Shown here piece by piece: positions 1-9,743 of a stretch of 64,000 nucleotides of DNA (positions are counted from its first letter, which is position 1; each line of letters starts with the position of its first letter). The stretch is from Candidatus Omnitrophota bacterium (lineage in GTDB: Bacteria; Omnitrophota; Gorgyraeia; Gygaellales; Profunditerraquicolaceae). A program made the position numbers and the translations under genes. The notes beneath the pieces were generated by a model. The model ran no database searches, was not told the origin of the DNA, and saw only the letters and a list, made by a program, of their open reading frames with translations. The stretch spans positions 490,041-554,040 of the forward strand of contig JAKLGJ010000001.1 of NCBI GenBank assembly GCA_022710715.1. Reading direction: 5' to 3'.

Positions 1-231
1 TTCTTTCAATACCAGCGTTTCTTCGTCGATCCAGTTGATGGTGATGTTATCCAGCTGTATCTTCCATCTGGTGCGGATGGTATTGTGGACTTTATGAATG
101 ATGCTGGCTTCTTTGATGCTGGGGATGTAGGCGGGGAAATCGGAAATTTTGGTGAGCAGTCTGATAACGCGCCATTTTTCGCTGGGAATGATGCGCCAGA
201 CTTTTACTTCCACCAGACCGTTATTCTGCAT
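1..231 (-). CDS. SRPBCC (polyketide cyclase/dehydrase, RatA/COQ10-like) family protein, N-terminal fragment; gene continues beyond window start
   Basis: Minus-strand translation from ATG ~231 gives MQNNGLVEVKVWRIIPSEKWRVIRLLTKISDFPAYIPS..., typical START/SRPBCC N-terminus; overlaps plsC stop. Confidence 0.45.
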   Translation of the reverse strand, partial: MQNNGLVEVKVWRIIPSEKWRVIRLLTKISDFPAYIPSIKEASIIHKVHNTIRTRWKIQLDNITINWIDEETLVLKE

Positions 232-814
232 TAAGCATCTCCGAGATGGTAGTTCTGACTCTGTTGATACCCTCCTGCAGCTTTATGTCATCAATTATAT
301 CATCAAATTCCTTCAAAAGATAGACCGGTTTTCCGATTTTCACCCTGATGCGCACCAGGCGAGGTATGCGCGCGCCGAAAGGAAGCGCCTGGAAGGTTCC
401 GCTTATGGCGCAGGGAACGATCGGGCGGCCGGTTTTATAAGCCAATACCGCCGCGCCGCTTCGGAATTCCTTGAGTTGTCCGTTGCGGCTGATCCCCCCT
501 TCCGGGAATAAACCGACATTTTTATTCTCGCGCAGAAGCTGGATGGCAATGGGAGCGGAACTTCCGCTGGGTAGAGCGTCAAGTTTGCGGAAAGCCCAGC
601 GAAAAAAACGATCCTTGAACAAGTCGCGAAGAGCGATGCAATAGATTTTGTGCGGGATGCAGGCGCCGATAACTACCGGATCAAGGAAACTGGTATGGTT
701 GGAGACAATGATGAAGTTCGTTTTTTTGGGCAGATATTCGATACCTTCCACCTTGAGGCGGAAAAATATCCGGAGGACGAAATTAGAGGTGAATCTAAAG
801 ATAAAATACCACAT
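221..814 (-). CDS. plsC: 1-acyl-sn-glycerol-3-phosphate acyltransferase
   Basis: NHTSFLD (HX4D) and FPEGG acyltransferase motifs; 197 aa. Confidence 0.85.
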   Translation of the reverse strand: MWYFIFRFTSNFVLRIFFRLKVEGIEYLPKKTNFIIVSNHTSFLDPVVIGACIPHKIYCIALRDLFKDRFFRWAFRKLDALPSGSSAPIAIQLLRENKNVGLFPEGGISRNGQLKEFRSGAAVLAYKTGRPIVPCAISGTFQALPFGARIPRLVRIRVKIGKPVYLLKEFDDIIDDIKLQEGINRVRTTISEMLNAE

Positions 815-836
815 GGGTATGATAGTAGCTTAGCTG

Positions 837-1838
837 TTAATCCGGAATCTCGATTTCAAACCCGTGCATGGCGGCCATATTGGCGATATCTTCCATTTTA
901 TCCATGTTGACGTTCTCTCCTAAAGAGAAATTCACGCATTTGTCTTCCAGCGCCAGCAGCATGGCTTCAGCCATGGGGGCGTAAATGGCGTGGTCCGGGA
1001 TCCCCTGATGCAGGCTGATTTTCTGGCCGAGCGGCAGCTTGATGATTCCGCAGTCAAGCACGGTCAGATCTTTGCGTTGTCTGGCTTTTTCCGCCACATG
1101 TTTGAATACCGCGGCGTCGCAGAGTATCGTTTCGGGTTTCACGTCGTTCATATTGAACAGCACACTGGGGCCATTATAAGAGTTCAGGATGATATCCGCC
1201 TGTTTGATCGCTTTGGGCGTGTCTTGCTCGATTTCTATGGGGATGGTATTCGTTTTTCTAAGCAGATCACGCAGGGAATCGAGTTTTTCCGTGGGACCTC
1301 CCGAGAGAATGATCTTGCCCACGTGGTCCGCGAGCTTTCTGGCGCAGAGCGAACTGATGGTGTTTGTCGGGCTGAAAATGGTCAGGGTCGCCGTTTTTAA
1401 ATGCAGATGCCTGTCTTTGGCCGTGCGATAAAGCGCTTCAAATATTGACCAGGCGCTGAAACTGCTGCCGCTGGTTATGGCGGTTTTGACATGTTTGTAG
1501 ATCATGGGTTTTTTATCGGTTGCAGCCGAAAAATAACCGGATACCCCCATGATCTGGGCTTCTAGCTTCCGCGCCAGGTATCCCGCGGAAACGATCTTAT
1601 CCAGTATGGTTTCTTCATCTGTTTCAAAAATCTGTTCCGGCGACATGGGGCAGCAGATCAGAAAACCCTGGATTTCCTTGCCGGAGGCGGATTTGAACTT
1701 TTTGATATGGAGTACTTTAAAATCTTTATTCTTGAGGAATGAGGGAACGACAGAATCCGGAAGTATGGTGGTGATCGGCCAGAAATGCTTTACCTGGCGC
1801 ATGCTGGTGGGGTGAAACAAGAAGGCAAATGTTTTCAT
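837..1838 (-). CDS. acyl-ACP reductase-like (COG5322/AAR family) NAD(P)-binding oxidoreductase homolog
   Basis: N-term FLFHPTS and C-term MAEAMLLALE...NFSLGENVNMDKMEDIANMAAMHGF closely mirror cyanobacterial AAR (GHLTS...[36 protein letters not shown].HGF); the AAR catalytic Cys position reads Pro (IYAPMAEA). Confidence 0.55.
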   Translation of the reverse strand: MKTFAFLFHPTSMRQVKHFWPITTILPDSVVPSFLKNKDFKVLHIKKFKSASGKEIQGFLICCPMSPEQIFETDEETILDKIVSAGYLARKLEAQIMGVSGYFSAATDKKPMIYKHVKTAITSGSSFSAWSIFEALYRTAKDRHLHLKTATLTIFSPTNTISSLCARKLADHVGKIILSGGPTEKLDSLRDLLRKTNTIPIEIEQDTPKAIKQADIILNSYNGPSVLFNMNDVKPETILCDAAVFKHVAEKARQRKDLTVLDCGIIKLPLGQKISLHQGIPDHAIYAPMAEAMLLALEDKCVNFSLGENVNMDKMEDIANMAAMHGFEIEIPD

Positions 1839-2078
1839 TTATCCTCTTGCCGCGCGGTTCCCAATAGATTCTTGCCCTGTTTTTTCGATTCCATGGTGTT
1901 AGAAGACACTTTTTGCTTGATCCAGGTTTCGATGTATTTCTTGTGGAATCTCCAGTCAGTTCCGATTTTAAAAGCAGGAATTCTTCCTTCGCGCGCATAG
2001 CGATGCACGGTAAGAGGGTGAATGTGCAGGTAATCGGCTACCTCTTTTGCTGTAAGAATCTCGTTGCTTTTGGACATA
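1835..2078 (-). CDS. excisionase-family (HTH_17/MerR-superfamily) DNA-binding protein
   Basis: LTAKEVADYLHIHPLTVHRYAREGRIPAFKIGTDWRF HTH. Start chosen at MSKSNEIL (ATG ~2078) with GGTGGTGA RBS; alternative upstream starts at 2098/2143. Confidence 0.6.
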
Positions 2079-2280
2079 CTCACCACCTTTTTTGACATGT
2101 CTACGATAATCATATGTATACAGATAAAATTATGATTTGTCAAGATAAATTTATCACAATAGTGGGCTTAAGAGGCTCCAGGAAAGACAAACCGGGTTCT
2201 GCAAGCTTGGGATGCGGCTTGAGAACCCGGCCTGTGCTACTTCTACCCTGAAGGTGCCGGGAAAGGGTTAAGAATGGTCT

Positions 2281-3252
2281 TTAGATCGCTTCCATTGTTG
2301 ATGGCGGTTTGTTGGTGATGTTGTAGGTAACACTCACCACGCCCGGAACTTCAGTGACCAGGCGGCTGGCCAGTTTTTCCAGGATTTCATAGGATATTCT
2401 GGTAGGTTTGGCTGTTCTGGCATCTACGCTGTCCCAGGAGCGGACTTCGATCTGGTAGCCGAACTCTCTCTTTCCATTGCGCATCCCTGTTACCTTGTCA
2501 TTATGCAGGATAGCCATGTGCTGGAAAGCGCCGGTGATGGTCAGTTCTTCTTCCACGATTACCGTGGCCAGGCGCACGGTTTCGATCTTTTCCGGGGTGA
2601 CTTCTCCGATGACCCGGGCTGCCAGAGCCGGGCCGGGGAAAGGCATGCGTTCGAAGATTTCTTTGGGCAGCCCTACTGCTTCCGCCAGTTTGCGCACCCC
2701 GTCTTTGCGCAGTTCTACCAGCGGTTCAATGATCTTATAACCAAAAGCTTCCTGGGGATCGATGCCCAGTTGCTCGAATACATTATGCTGGCGTTTGATG
2801 CCGGCGGCCGTTTCTTCAATATCGGTCAGAATAGTGCCTTGCAGAAGGAACTTCGCTTTGCTGTCTTTGACCAGCTTACTGAATACATCTTTGTAGAAGG
2901 TCTGGGTGATGGCTTCCCGTTTCTCTTCCGGGTCGGTAATGCCTTTGAGCGCGGCGAAGAACTTCTCTTTGGCGTCAATGATCTCGACTTTGACTCCGTG
3001 TTCCTTGAAAATCGCGGCGATACGCTGCGGTTCATCCTTGCGCATGATGCCGTTATCGATGAAGTACGTTTTGAGCCGGTTGCCCAGGGCTTTATGGCCG
3101 AGCATGGTGACGCAGGAAGAATCCACGCCGCCGGATAAGGCGTTGATGGCTGTCCCCTCCCCTACGTTTTTCGAGATATCTTTCGCTTTGGTTTCGATAA
3201 ATGATTTGGGGTCCAGTTCAGTAACTTTGATTTCCGGGTATTTCGCCATCAT
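2281..3252 (-). CDS. guaA: GMP synthase ATP-pyrophosphatase subunit (subunit B; archaeal-type split GuaA)
   Basis: SGGVDSS PP-loop motif and C-terminal GMP-synthase dimerisation region; 323 aa with no GATase domain in the ORF. Confidence 0.8.
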   Translation of the reverse strand: MMAKYPEIKVTELDPKSFIETKAKDISKNVGEGTAINALSGGVDSSCVTMLGHKALGNRLKTYFIDNGIMRKDEPQRIAAIFKEHGVKVEIIDAKEKFFAALKGITDPEEKREAITQTFYKDVFSKLVKDSKAKFLLQGTILTDIEETAAGIKRQHNVFEQLGIDPQEAFGYKIIEPLVELRKDGVRKLAEAVGLPKEIFERMPFPGPALAARVIGEVTPEKIETVRLATVIVEEELTITGAFQHMAILHNDKVTGMRNGKREFGYQIEVRSWDSVDARTAKPTRISYEILEKLASRLVTEVPGVVSVTYNITNKPPSTMEAI

Positions 3253-3277
3253 GTCCTCCGCATTTTCATCACAGGTG

Positions 3278-4018
3278 TTATTCCACGCCGTCGTGGATCA
3301 GCTTGAGTCCTTTCAGGGTCAGGTCCATATCTATGGTGGTAAAGCGCCGGCAATAGGGCGCGATCAGTTTGATGTTGCCGCCGGTGCCGATAACGGGTGC
3401 GGCGGTTCCCAGGAGTTTCCTGATCCGTGCGGTCAGTTCGTCTGTCAGAGCGGCGTAACCGTAGACGATCCCGCTTAACATGCTGTTGGCGGTGTCGCGG
3501 CCGATAAATTCTTCAGGTTTTTTAAGCAGGATCTTCGGCAGCAGAGCGGTTTTTTCTTCGAGGGTTTCCAGCGAGATGCGCATTCCGGGCAGGATCAACC
3601 CTCCGAGGTATTCTTTCCTGCGGGAGATCAGGTCGAAGGTGATCGCGGTGCCGAAATCGACTACTACTGCCGGCGCGCCATACAGCTTGACTGCGGCATA
3701 AGCGTTGACCAGGCGGTCCTGGCCGACCTGTTCGGGAAAACGGTAGTTGTTCTTGATCGGGACCTGAAGATTGCCGCCCAGGAAGTGCACTCTGGCGCCG
3801 GAGAAGTGTTTGAGCTCTTTTTTGAGGGCTTGCGTGGCGGCGGGCACTACGCTGGAGATGATGACCGCGTCAATGGGGCTACGGCGGAAAAGTTTGGCCA
3901 GGCACTGTCCGTAACGCAGCGGGTATGTGGGAGCGCTTGCGCGGGAAACCGGCCGGTTGTTTTTCTTGAAAATGCCGAAAGTAAGATTAGAGTTGCCTAC
4001 GTCAATCGCCAGTAGCAT
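3278..4018 (-). CDS. coaX: type III pantothenate kinase
   Basis: MLLAIDVGNS N-terminus and acetate/sugar kinase fold motifs (VVDFGTA, GTGG). Confidence 0.85.
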   Translation of the reverse strand: MLLAIDVGNSNLTFGIFKKNNRPVSRASAPTYPLRYGQCLAKLFRRSPIDAVIISSVVPAATQALKKELKHFSGARVHFLGGNLQVPIKNNYRFPEQVGQDRLVNAYAAVKLYGAPAVVVDFGTAITFDLISRRKEYLGGLILPGMRISLETLEEKTALLPKILLKKPEEFIGRDTANSMLSGIVYGYAALTDELTARIRKLLGTAAPVIGTGGNIKLIAPYCRRFTTIDMDLTLKGLKLIHDGVE

Positions 4019-4030
4019 AGATTAATTCTA

Positions 4031-6004
4031 TCACAGCAGGCGTTTTTGGGAAAGGGATTTGATGCGGTCGCGCAGGCCGGCCGCTTTCTCGAAGTCGAGA
4101 TTGCGGGCTGCGAGTTCCATCTCGTATTCCAGCTCGGCGATGTATTTTTTAAGTTCGTATTCATCTCTGGCTTCGCCGGTCAGTTCGGCCACGAATGTTT
4201 CGGCGTCAGCCATATCCTCTATCCCCTTTTTTATCTCTTTCTGTATACTGCGCGGGGTAATGTCGTTGGTCCGGTTGAATTGCAACTGGATGACCCGGCG
4301 CCGGTTGGATTCAGCGATGGCCTGTTTCATTGATCTGGTCACGGTGTCGGCGTACATGATTACCCGGCCGTTGAGATTGCGCGCGGCGCGGCCGGCGACC
4401 TGGATCAGGGATGTGGCCGAGCGCAGGAATCCTTCTTTATCCGCGTCCAGGATGGCGACCAGGGAGACTTCCGGGAGGTCCAGCCCCTCCCGCAGCAGGT
4501 TTATCCCGACCAGGCAGTCGAATTCTTTTTTGCGCAGGTCGCGCAGTATCTTCGAGCGTTCGATGGTTTCGATCTCGGAATGCAGATATTTGACTTTCAG
4601 TTTCTTCTCCTGGAGGAATGCGGTCAGGTCCTCGGCCATGCGTTTGGTCAGAGTGGTTACCAGCACGCGCTCATTTTTCTGCGCGCGGGATTTGATCTCT
4701 CCGGCCAGGTCGTGGATCTGTCCTTTGGACGGCCGGATGATTATTTCCGGATCGATCAGTCCGGTGGGACGGATGATCTGTTCGATGATTGTGCCCCGGC
4801 TTTTGGTTATCTCGAACTCCGCCGGCGTGGCGGAGACAAATACCGCCTGTTTGACGAGCGCTTCGAATTCGTCGAATTTCAAAGGGCGGTTATCCTGGCA
4901 GGAAGGCAGGCGGAACCCGTAGTCTATCAGGACGGCTTTGCGCGCCTTGTCTCCTTCGAACATGCCCCGGATCTGCGGGATGGTGACGTGAGATTCATCG
5001 ATAACGATGAGGAAATCCCGGGGGAAGTAGTCTATCAGGCAATAGGGGCGCGAACCGGGCGGTCGTCCGGAGAGATGGCGCGAGTAATTTTCGATGCCAT
5101 GGCAGTAGCCCAGCTCTTTGAGCATTTCCATGTCGTAGGTCGTGCGCTGCTCCAGTCGTTGCGCTTCCAGCAGTTTGTTCTCGCCGCGCAGGTACTTCAG
5201 GTGGTCCTGGAGTTCCGCCTGGATGGTTTTGATTGCGGCGTCTATGCTGTCCGGGGACGCCAGAAAGTGTTTTGCCGGGTAGATCGCGGTTTTTTCCAGC
5301 TGACGCAGGATGTCGCCGGATACCGGGTCGATCTCGCTGATCTTCTCTATGGTGTCGCCGAAGAAATCAATGCGCAGCGCGGTTTCTTTGTAGGCGGGAA
5401 AAACTTCCACGATGTCTCCCCTGACCCGGATGCGGCCGCGAATGAATTCATAGTCGTTGCGTTCATACTGGGTGGAGATCAGACGGGAGATACACTCGTC
5501 CCGGGCGACGCTCTGGCCTCGTTCCAGCACAACCAGCATGTTTTTGTAGTCATCGGGGGAGCCCAGATTATAAATGCAGGAAACCGAAGCCACGATAAGT
5601 ACGTCGTTGCGCGACATCAGCGAACTGGTAGCGGACAGGCGCAGCCGGTCCAGGCGGTCGTTGATGGAGGAATCCTTTTCGATATAGGTGTCGGTGGCGG
5701 GAATATAAGCTTCGGGCTGGTAATAGTCGTAATAGGAGACGAAATATTCTACGGCATTGTCGGGGAAGAATTCCTTGAATTCGGAGTAAAGCTGGGCGGC
5801 CAGGGTTTTGTTATGGGAGATGACCAGCGTCGGCCGGTTGATTGCCGCGATAGCGTTGGCCAGGGTGAAAGTTTTGCCGGAACCGGTGACTCCCAGAAGG
5901 GTCTGGAAGCGCCTGCCGGAAAGGATCGATTCCGTCAGCTGCCCGATCGCTCTCGGCTGGTCGCCGCACGGTTTGAATGAGGAAACGAGTTTGAACTTTT
6001 CCAT
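4031..6004 (-). CDS. uvrB: excinuclease ABC subunit B
   Basis: FKLVS..GDQP..I, GVTGSGKTFT Walker A, helicase motifs, C-terminal UvrB/UvrC interaction helix. ORF-caller start 6031 trimmed to MEKFKL. Confidence 0.95.
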   Translation of the reverse strand: MEKFKLVSSFKPCGDQPRAIGQLTESILSGRRFQTLLGVTGSGKTFTLANAIAAINRPTLVISHNKTLAAQLYSEFKEFFPDNAVEYFVSYYDYYQPEAYIPATDTYIEKDSSINDRLDRLRLSATSSLMSRNDVLIVASVSCIYNLGSPDDYKNMLVVLERGQSVARDECISRLISTQYERNDYEFIRGRIRVRGDIVEVFPAYKETALRIDFFGDTIEKISEIDPVSGDILRQLEKTAIYPAKHFLASPDSIDAAIKTIQAELQDHLKYLRGENKLLEAQRLEQRTTYDMEMLKELGYCHGIENYSRHLSGRPPGSRPYCLIDYFPRDFLIVIDESHVTIPQIRGMFEGDKARKAVLIDYGFRLPSCQDNRPLKFDEFEALVKQAVFVSATPAEFEITKSRGTIIEQIIRPTGLIDPEIIIRPSKGQIHDLAGEIKSRAQKNERVLVTTLTKRMAEDLTAFLQEKKLKVKYLHSEIETIERSKILRDLRKKEFDCLVGINLLREGLDLPEVSLVAILDADKEGFLRSATSLIQVAGRAARNLNGRVIMYADTVTRSMKQAIAESNRRRVIQLQFNRTNDITPRSIQKEIKKGIEDMADAETFVAELTGEARDEYELKKYIAELEYEMELAARNLDFEKAAGLRDRIKSLSQKRLL

Positions 6005-6073
6005 CCGGGACTCTCCCGCCATTCCTTTCATTCAGCCGCCGCGCGGGACTCCCTGCGGTCGCCTGTGGATAAC

Positions 6074-6958
6074 TTAAAGTACGTCCAGGCTGACGTCTAT
6101 CGAATCAACAGTGTGGGTCAGTTCGCCGATGGAGATGATGTCTACGCCGGTTTCCGCCACCTGGCGCACATTTTCTCTGGTGATGCCGCCCGAGGCTTCC
6201 AGCCGGGTCGTGGGGTGATGGCTTTTGGAGAAGTCGACGCCGTCGCGCAACTGGACCGCTTCTTTCATATCTTTCAGGTCCATATTGTCGAGCATGATCA
6301 CGTCCGGTTTGAATTGCAGCGCGTGCTTGAATTCTTCCAGGTTCTCCACCTCGATCTCGATCTTGAACCCTTTGGGCACGCTGGGCAATTTATTCAGACC
6401 CTCGGTGATTTTCATGTGGCTGTCTTTGATGAGGATCATTTCATCCAGGCTGATGCGGTGATTGTAGCCGTCGCCGATGCGCACGGCGTATTTCTGCAGT
6501 TCTCGTAACCCGGGCATGGTCTTACGCGTATCGGTGATTTTCGCTTTAAGCGGTTCGACCAGATCGACATACCCGCGGGTTTTGCTGGAGATGCCGGAGA
6601 GCATGCCCAGGAAATTCAAGGCGACCCGTTCGGCGTGCAGTATATGCCGGGCTTTTCCGGAAATCTCCGCCAGGACCTTGCCGCTTTTGACTTTCTGGCC
6701 GTCCTTAACTTTGGCGTCGAACTTGATCTCTTTGTCCACCAGGTTGAATACGCGCTCCGCGATCGGCATGCCGCAGACGACGCAATCTTCTTTTGCCACG
6801 ATCTGGGCTTTGATCGTTTTGCTTTCGGGAATGGTCAGCTGGGTGGTGATGTCCCCCTTGCCGATGTCTTCGATCAATGCGTGGCGGATGATTTGATCCA
6901 CGTTGTTCATATTCAATTCAGTTTTTTTCTCCGAGAGGAAATGTTTATTCGAGTGCAT
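6074..6958 (-). CDS. nadC: nicotinate-nucleotide pyrophosphorylase (quinolinate phosphoribosyltransferase)
   Basis: ALIEDIGKGDITT N-terminal motif and QPRTase TIM-barrel region; true start may be an internal Met. Confidence 0.85.
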   Translation of the reverse strand: MHSNKHFLSEKKTELNMNNVDQIIRHALIEDIGKGDITTQLTIPESKTIKAQIVAKEDCVVCGMPIAERVFNLVDKEIKFDAKVKDGQKVKSGKVLAEISGKARHILHAERVALNFLGMLSGISSKTRGYVDLVEPLKAKITDTRKTMPGLRELQKYAVRIGDGYNHRISLDEMILIKDSHMKITEGLNKLPSVPKGFKIEIEVENLEEFKHALQFKPDVIMLDNMDLKDMKEAVQLRDGVDFSKSHHPTTRLEASGGITRENVRQVAETGVDIISIGELTHTVDSIDVSLDVL

Positions 6959-9743
6959 GTTTCACCGCCTTTAGTTTGATGAGGGTTTCTTTCAGTTCCG
7001 CAAGCCGCTGACGCTCTTTTTCCACGACTTCCGCAGGCGCTCGCTCCACGAACGATGTATTGGCAAGGGTGTTCTCTTTGGCCTTGACGTCGGATTCCGC
7101 TTTTTTGATCTTTGCGTCGATCTTTGCCTTTTCTTTTTCCACGTCCACCACACCCTCCAGTGAAAGGGAAATATGCACATCGGATACGACGCTGGTGACA
7201 GTCGATTTCCGATGTTCCAGTTTTTCCTGCACGGCGAGAGTACCCAGCCGGCAGAGATAGCCGATGTGGCCTGATGCGTGTTCGATAAGTTCGCGCTTGG
7301 GTTTGGTGGCCGCAGCCACGACGGCATGTAAGTGCTGGGTGGGCAGGATTTCCAGGTCCGCGCGCATGTTCCTGATCGCGGTGATCACTTCAAGGATCAG
7401 CGCCATCCGCTGCTCGGTTTTCTTATCGATGAGCTGTTCCTGCAGATGCGGCCAGGATTGTTGCATGATCAATCCTTCCGACGGCTTCAGGCGCGACCAG
7501 ATTTCCTGGGTGATGAACGGCATGAACGGCTGGATTGCGCGCAGGAATTTCTCCAGCACCTTGAACATGATCAGCTGGTTTTCCGGCTGCTTGATCTCGG
7601 GCTTGATGATTTCCAGGTACCAGTCGCAGAATTCATGCCAGAAAAAGCGGTACAGCAGGTTTGCCGCTTCGTTGAATTTATAGGTCTCAAGGTTTTTGTT
7701 GACCTCTTTAAGCGTGGAGTAGAGCCGGCTGATGATCCAGCGATTGACCAGGCTCATCTGTTCATTTTTGAACGTCAGGCACAGGTCGCGGTTTACCTGG
7801 CTGTTGTCCAGGTTCATCATCACGAAACGCGAGGCGTTCCATATCTTGTTCGCGAAATTCCTGCCCTGCTCGAAACGCTCTTTGTTCAGGAAGACATCCT
7901 GGCCCTGCGCCGTGATCGAGATCAGGCTGAAACGCAGAGCGTCGGTGCCGTATTCATTGATGATCTCCAGCGGGTCGATAACGTTGCCCAGAGACTTGGA
8001 CATTTTTTTCCCTTCTATATCACGCACGGTGCCGTGAATATAGACGTCCTTGAAAGGAATATCGCCCATGAATTCGAATCCGGCCATGATCATGCGCGCC
8101 ACCCAGAAAAAGATGATTTCCGGCGCCGTGACCAGCGCTGAGGTGGGATAGAAGAATGCGAGTTCCTCCCGGACATCGTGATCGATCCCCTGCGCATCCT
8201 TGTGCGTTTGTTTCGGCCAGCCGAATGTGGCGAACGGCCAGAGCCAGGAGGAAAACCACGTGTCGAGCACGTCTTCATCCTGGTATATATCCGTCGCTCC
8301 GCAGTGCGGGCAGGCGGCGGGTTTGACCGCAGCTACGATCAGTCCGGGGATGTGTTGTTTTTCGTGCTTGATGTTTTTTTTGCCGGTTGCCGCTGTCTGC
8401 GCCGGGCTGTCCACGCTCGCCGGTTTATAACAGGCGCGGCAATAATAAACCGGGATGCGGTGTCCCCACCATATCTGGCGCGAAATGCACCAGTCCTGAA
8501 TATTGTTCATCCAGTTCAAGTAGACTTTGGTCCAGCGTTTGGGGTAAAAAGAGATGCGGCCGTCTTTGACCGCGGCGATTCCGGGGACAGCCAGCGGTTT
8601 CATACGCACGAACCATTGTTTGGAAAGATACGGTTCGATGATGGTGTGACAGCGGTAGCAATGCCCGGCGGATAATGCATGCGGTTCGATCTTTTCCAGC
8701 AACCCCTTTTCTTTCAGATCTTCGATGATCACTTCCCTGGCTTCGAAGCGGTCCATGTCTTTGTACTCGCCGCCGTTTTCATTGATCCGCGCGTCCGGAT
8801 GCAGCACGTTGATGAACGCCAGCGCGTGCTTTTTTCCGGTCACGTAATCGTTGGGATCGTGCGCGGGAGTGATTTTTACGCAGCCGGTGCCGAAAGCCGG
8901 ATCGACCATGTCGTCGGCGATCACCGGGATCTCCCGGTTCATCAGAGGCAGGAGCAGGGTTTTACCAACGATTTTCTTATAGCGCTTGTCTTTGGGGTTG
9001 ACCGCCACCGCGGTGTCGCCGAGCATGGTTTCGGGCCGCGTGGTGGCTACGATGACGTATTCATCGGGCGCGTCTTTAAAAGGATAACGCAGAAAATAAA
9101 GATTTCCCTGCAGGTCGCGATGCGGTGCTTCTTCGTCCGCCAGCGCGGTCTGGCAGCGGGGGCACCAGTTGATGATGTAATTGCCCTGATAGATCAAACC
9201 TTTTTCGAAGAGGCGGATGAAGACTTCCTTGACGGCTTGCGAATAATCTTCGTCCATGGTAAAGCGTACTCTGCGCCAATCGCAGGAGGCGCCGAGTTTC
9301 TTTAACTGCCGGATGATGGTCGAACCGTACTCTTCTTTCCACCGCCAGACTTCTTCCAGGAATTTGTCGCGGCCCAGGTCCTGGCGTTTCCTGCCTTCTT
9401 TGCCGAGCTTGCGTTCCACCACGTTCTGGGTGGCGATGCCGGCGTGATCGGTTCCGGGCATCCACAACGGCTCAAAGCCTTTCATGCGGTGGAAGCGGAT
9501 GAGGATATCCTGGATGGTGTTGTTCAGAGCGTGGCCCATGTGCAGGATGCCGGTGACATTGGGCGGCGGAATAACGATGGTGAACGGTTTCTTCCCCGGG
9601 GTAACGGTCGCGTTAAACGCGCCCGCGTCCGACCAGGCCTGGGACCACCTGTCTTCTGTTTCTTTGGGAGTATATGCTTTAGCGAGTTCGGTCAAGGTTG
9701 TGTTTTCCTGAATGTCGGTAAAGGGGACGTTTTTTTTCGCCAT
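6945..9743 (-). CDS. valS: valine--tRNA ligase
   Basis: HMGH (PPNVTGILHMGHALN) and KMSKS (KMSKSLGN) class I motifs plus C-terminal coiled coil. Start approx (MAKKNV; ORF-caller TTG at ~9773); 5' end overlaps cimA 3' end. Confidence 0.95.
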   Translation of the reverse strand: MAKKNVPFTDIQENTTLTELAKAYTPKETEDRWSQAWSDAGAFNATVTPGKKPFTIVIPPPNVTGILHMGHALNNTIQDILIRFHRMKGFEPLWMPGTDHAGIATQNVVERKLGKEGRKRQDLGRDKFLEEVWRWKEEYGSTIIRQLKKLGASCDWRRVRFTMDEDYSQAVKEVFIRLFEKGLIYQGNYIINWCPRCQTALADEEAPHRDLQGNLYFLRYPFKDAPDEYVIVATTRPETMLGDTAVAVNPKDKRYKKIVGKTLLLPLMNREIPVIADDMVDPAFGTGCVKITPAHDPNDYVTGKKHALAFINVLHPDARINENGGEYKDMDRFEAREVIIEDLKEKGLLEKIEPHALSAGHCYRCHTIIEPYLSKQWFVRMKPLAVPGIAAVKDGRISFYPKRWTKVYLNWMNNIQDWCISRQIWWGHRIPVYYCRACYKPASVDSPAQTAATGKKNIKHEKQHIPGLIVAAVKPAACPHCGATDIYQDEDVLDTWFSSWLWPFATFGWPKQTHKDAQGIDHDVREELAFFYPTSALVTAPEIIFFWVARMIMAGFEFMGDIPFKDVYIHGTVRDIEGKKMSKSLGNVIDPLEIINEYGTDALRFSLISITAQGQDVFLNKERFEQGRNFANKIWNASRFVMMNLDNSQVNRDLCLTFKNEQMSLVNRWIISRLYSTLKEVNKNLETYKFNEAANLLYRFFWHEFCDWYLEIIKPEIKQPENQLIMFKVLEKFLRAIQPFMPFITQEIWSRLKPSEGLIMQQSWPHLQEQLIDKKTEQRMALILEVITAIRNMRADLEILPTQHLHAVVAAATKPKRELIEHASGHIGYLCRLGTLAVQEKLEHRKSTVTSVVSDVHISLSLEGVVDVEKEKAKIDAKIKKAESDVKAKENTLANTSFVERAPAEVVEKERQRLAELKETLIKLKAVKHALE

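Noticed and set aside
149-511. 120-aa plus-strand ORF at window start
   Set aside because: Antisense to plsC and the SRPBCC fragment; no motif support
4580-5980. 466-aa plus-strand ORF
   Set aside because: Fully antisense to uvrB; low-complexity Gly/Arg-rich translation typical of the reverse strand of GC-rich coding DNA
7332-8141. 269-aa plus-strand ORF and several smaller ones between 6.9 and 9.7 kb
   Set aside because: All antisense to valS, whose identification is unambiguous
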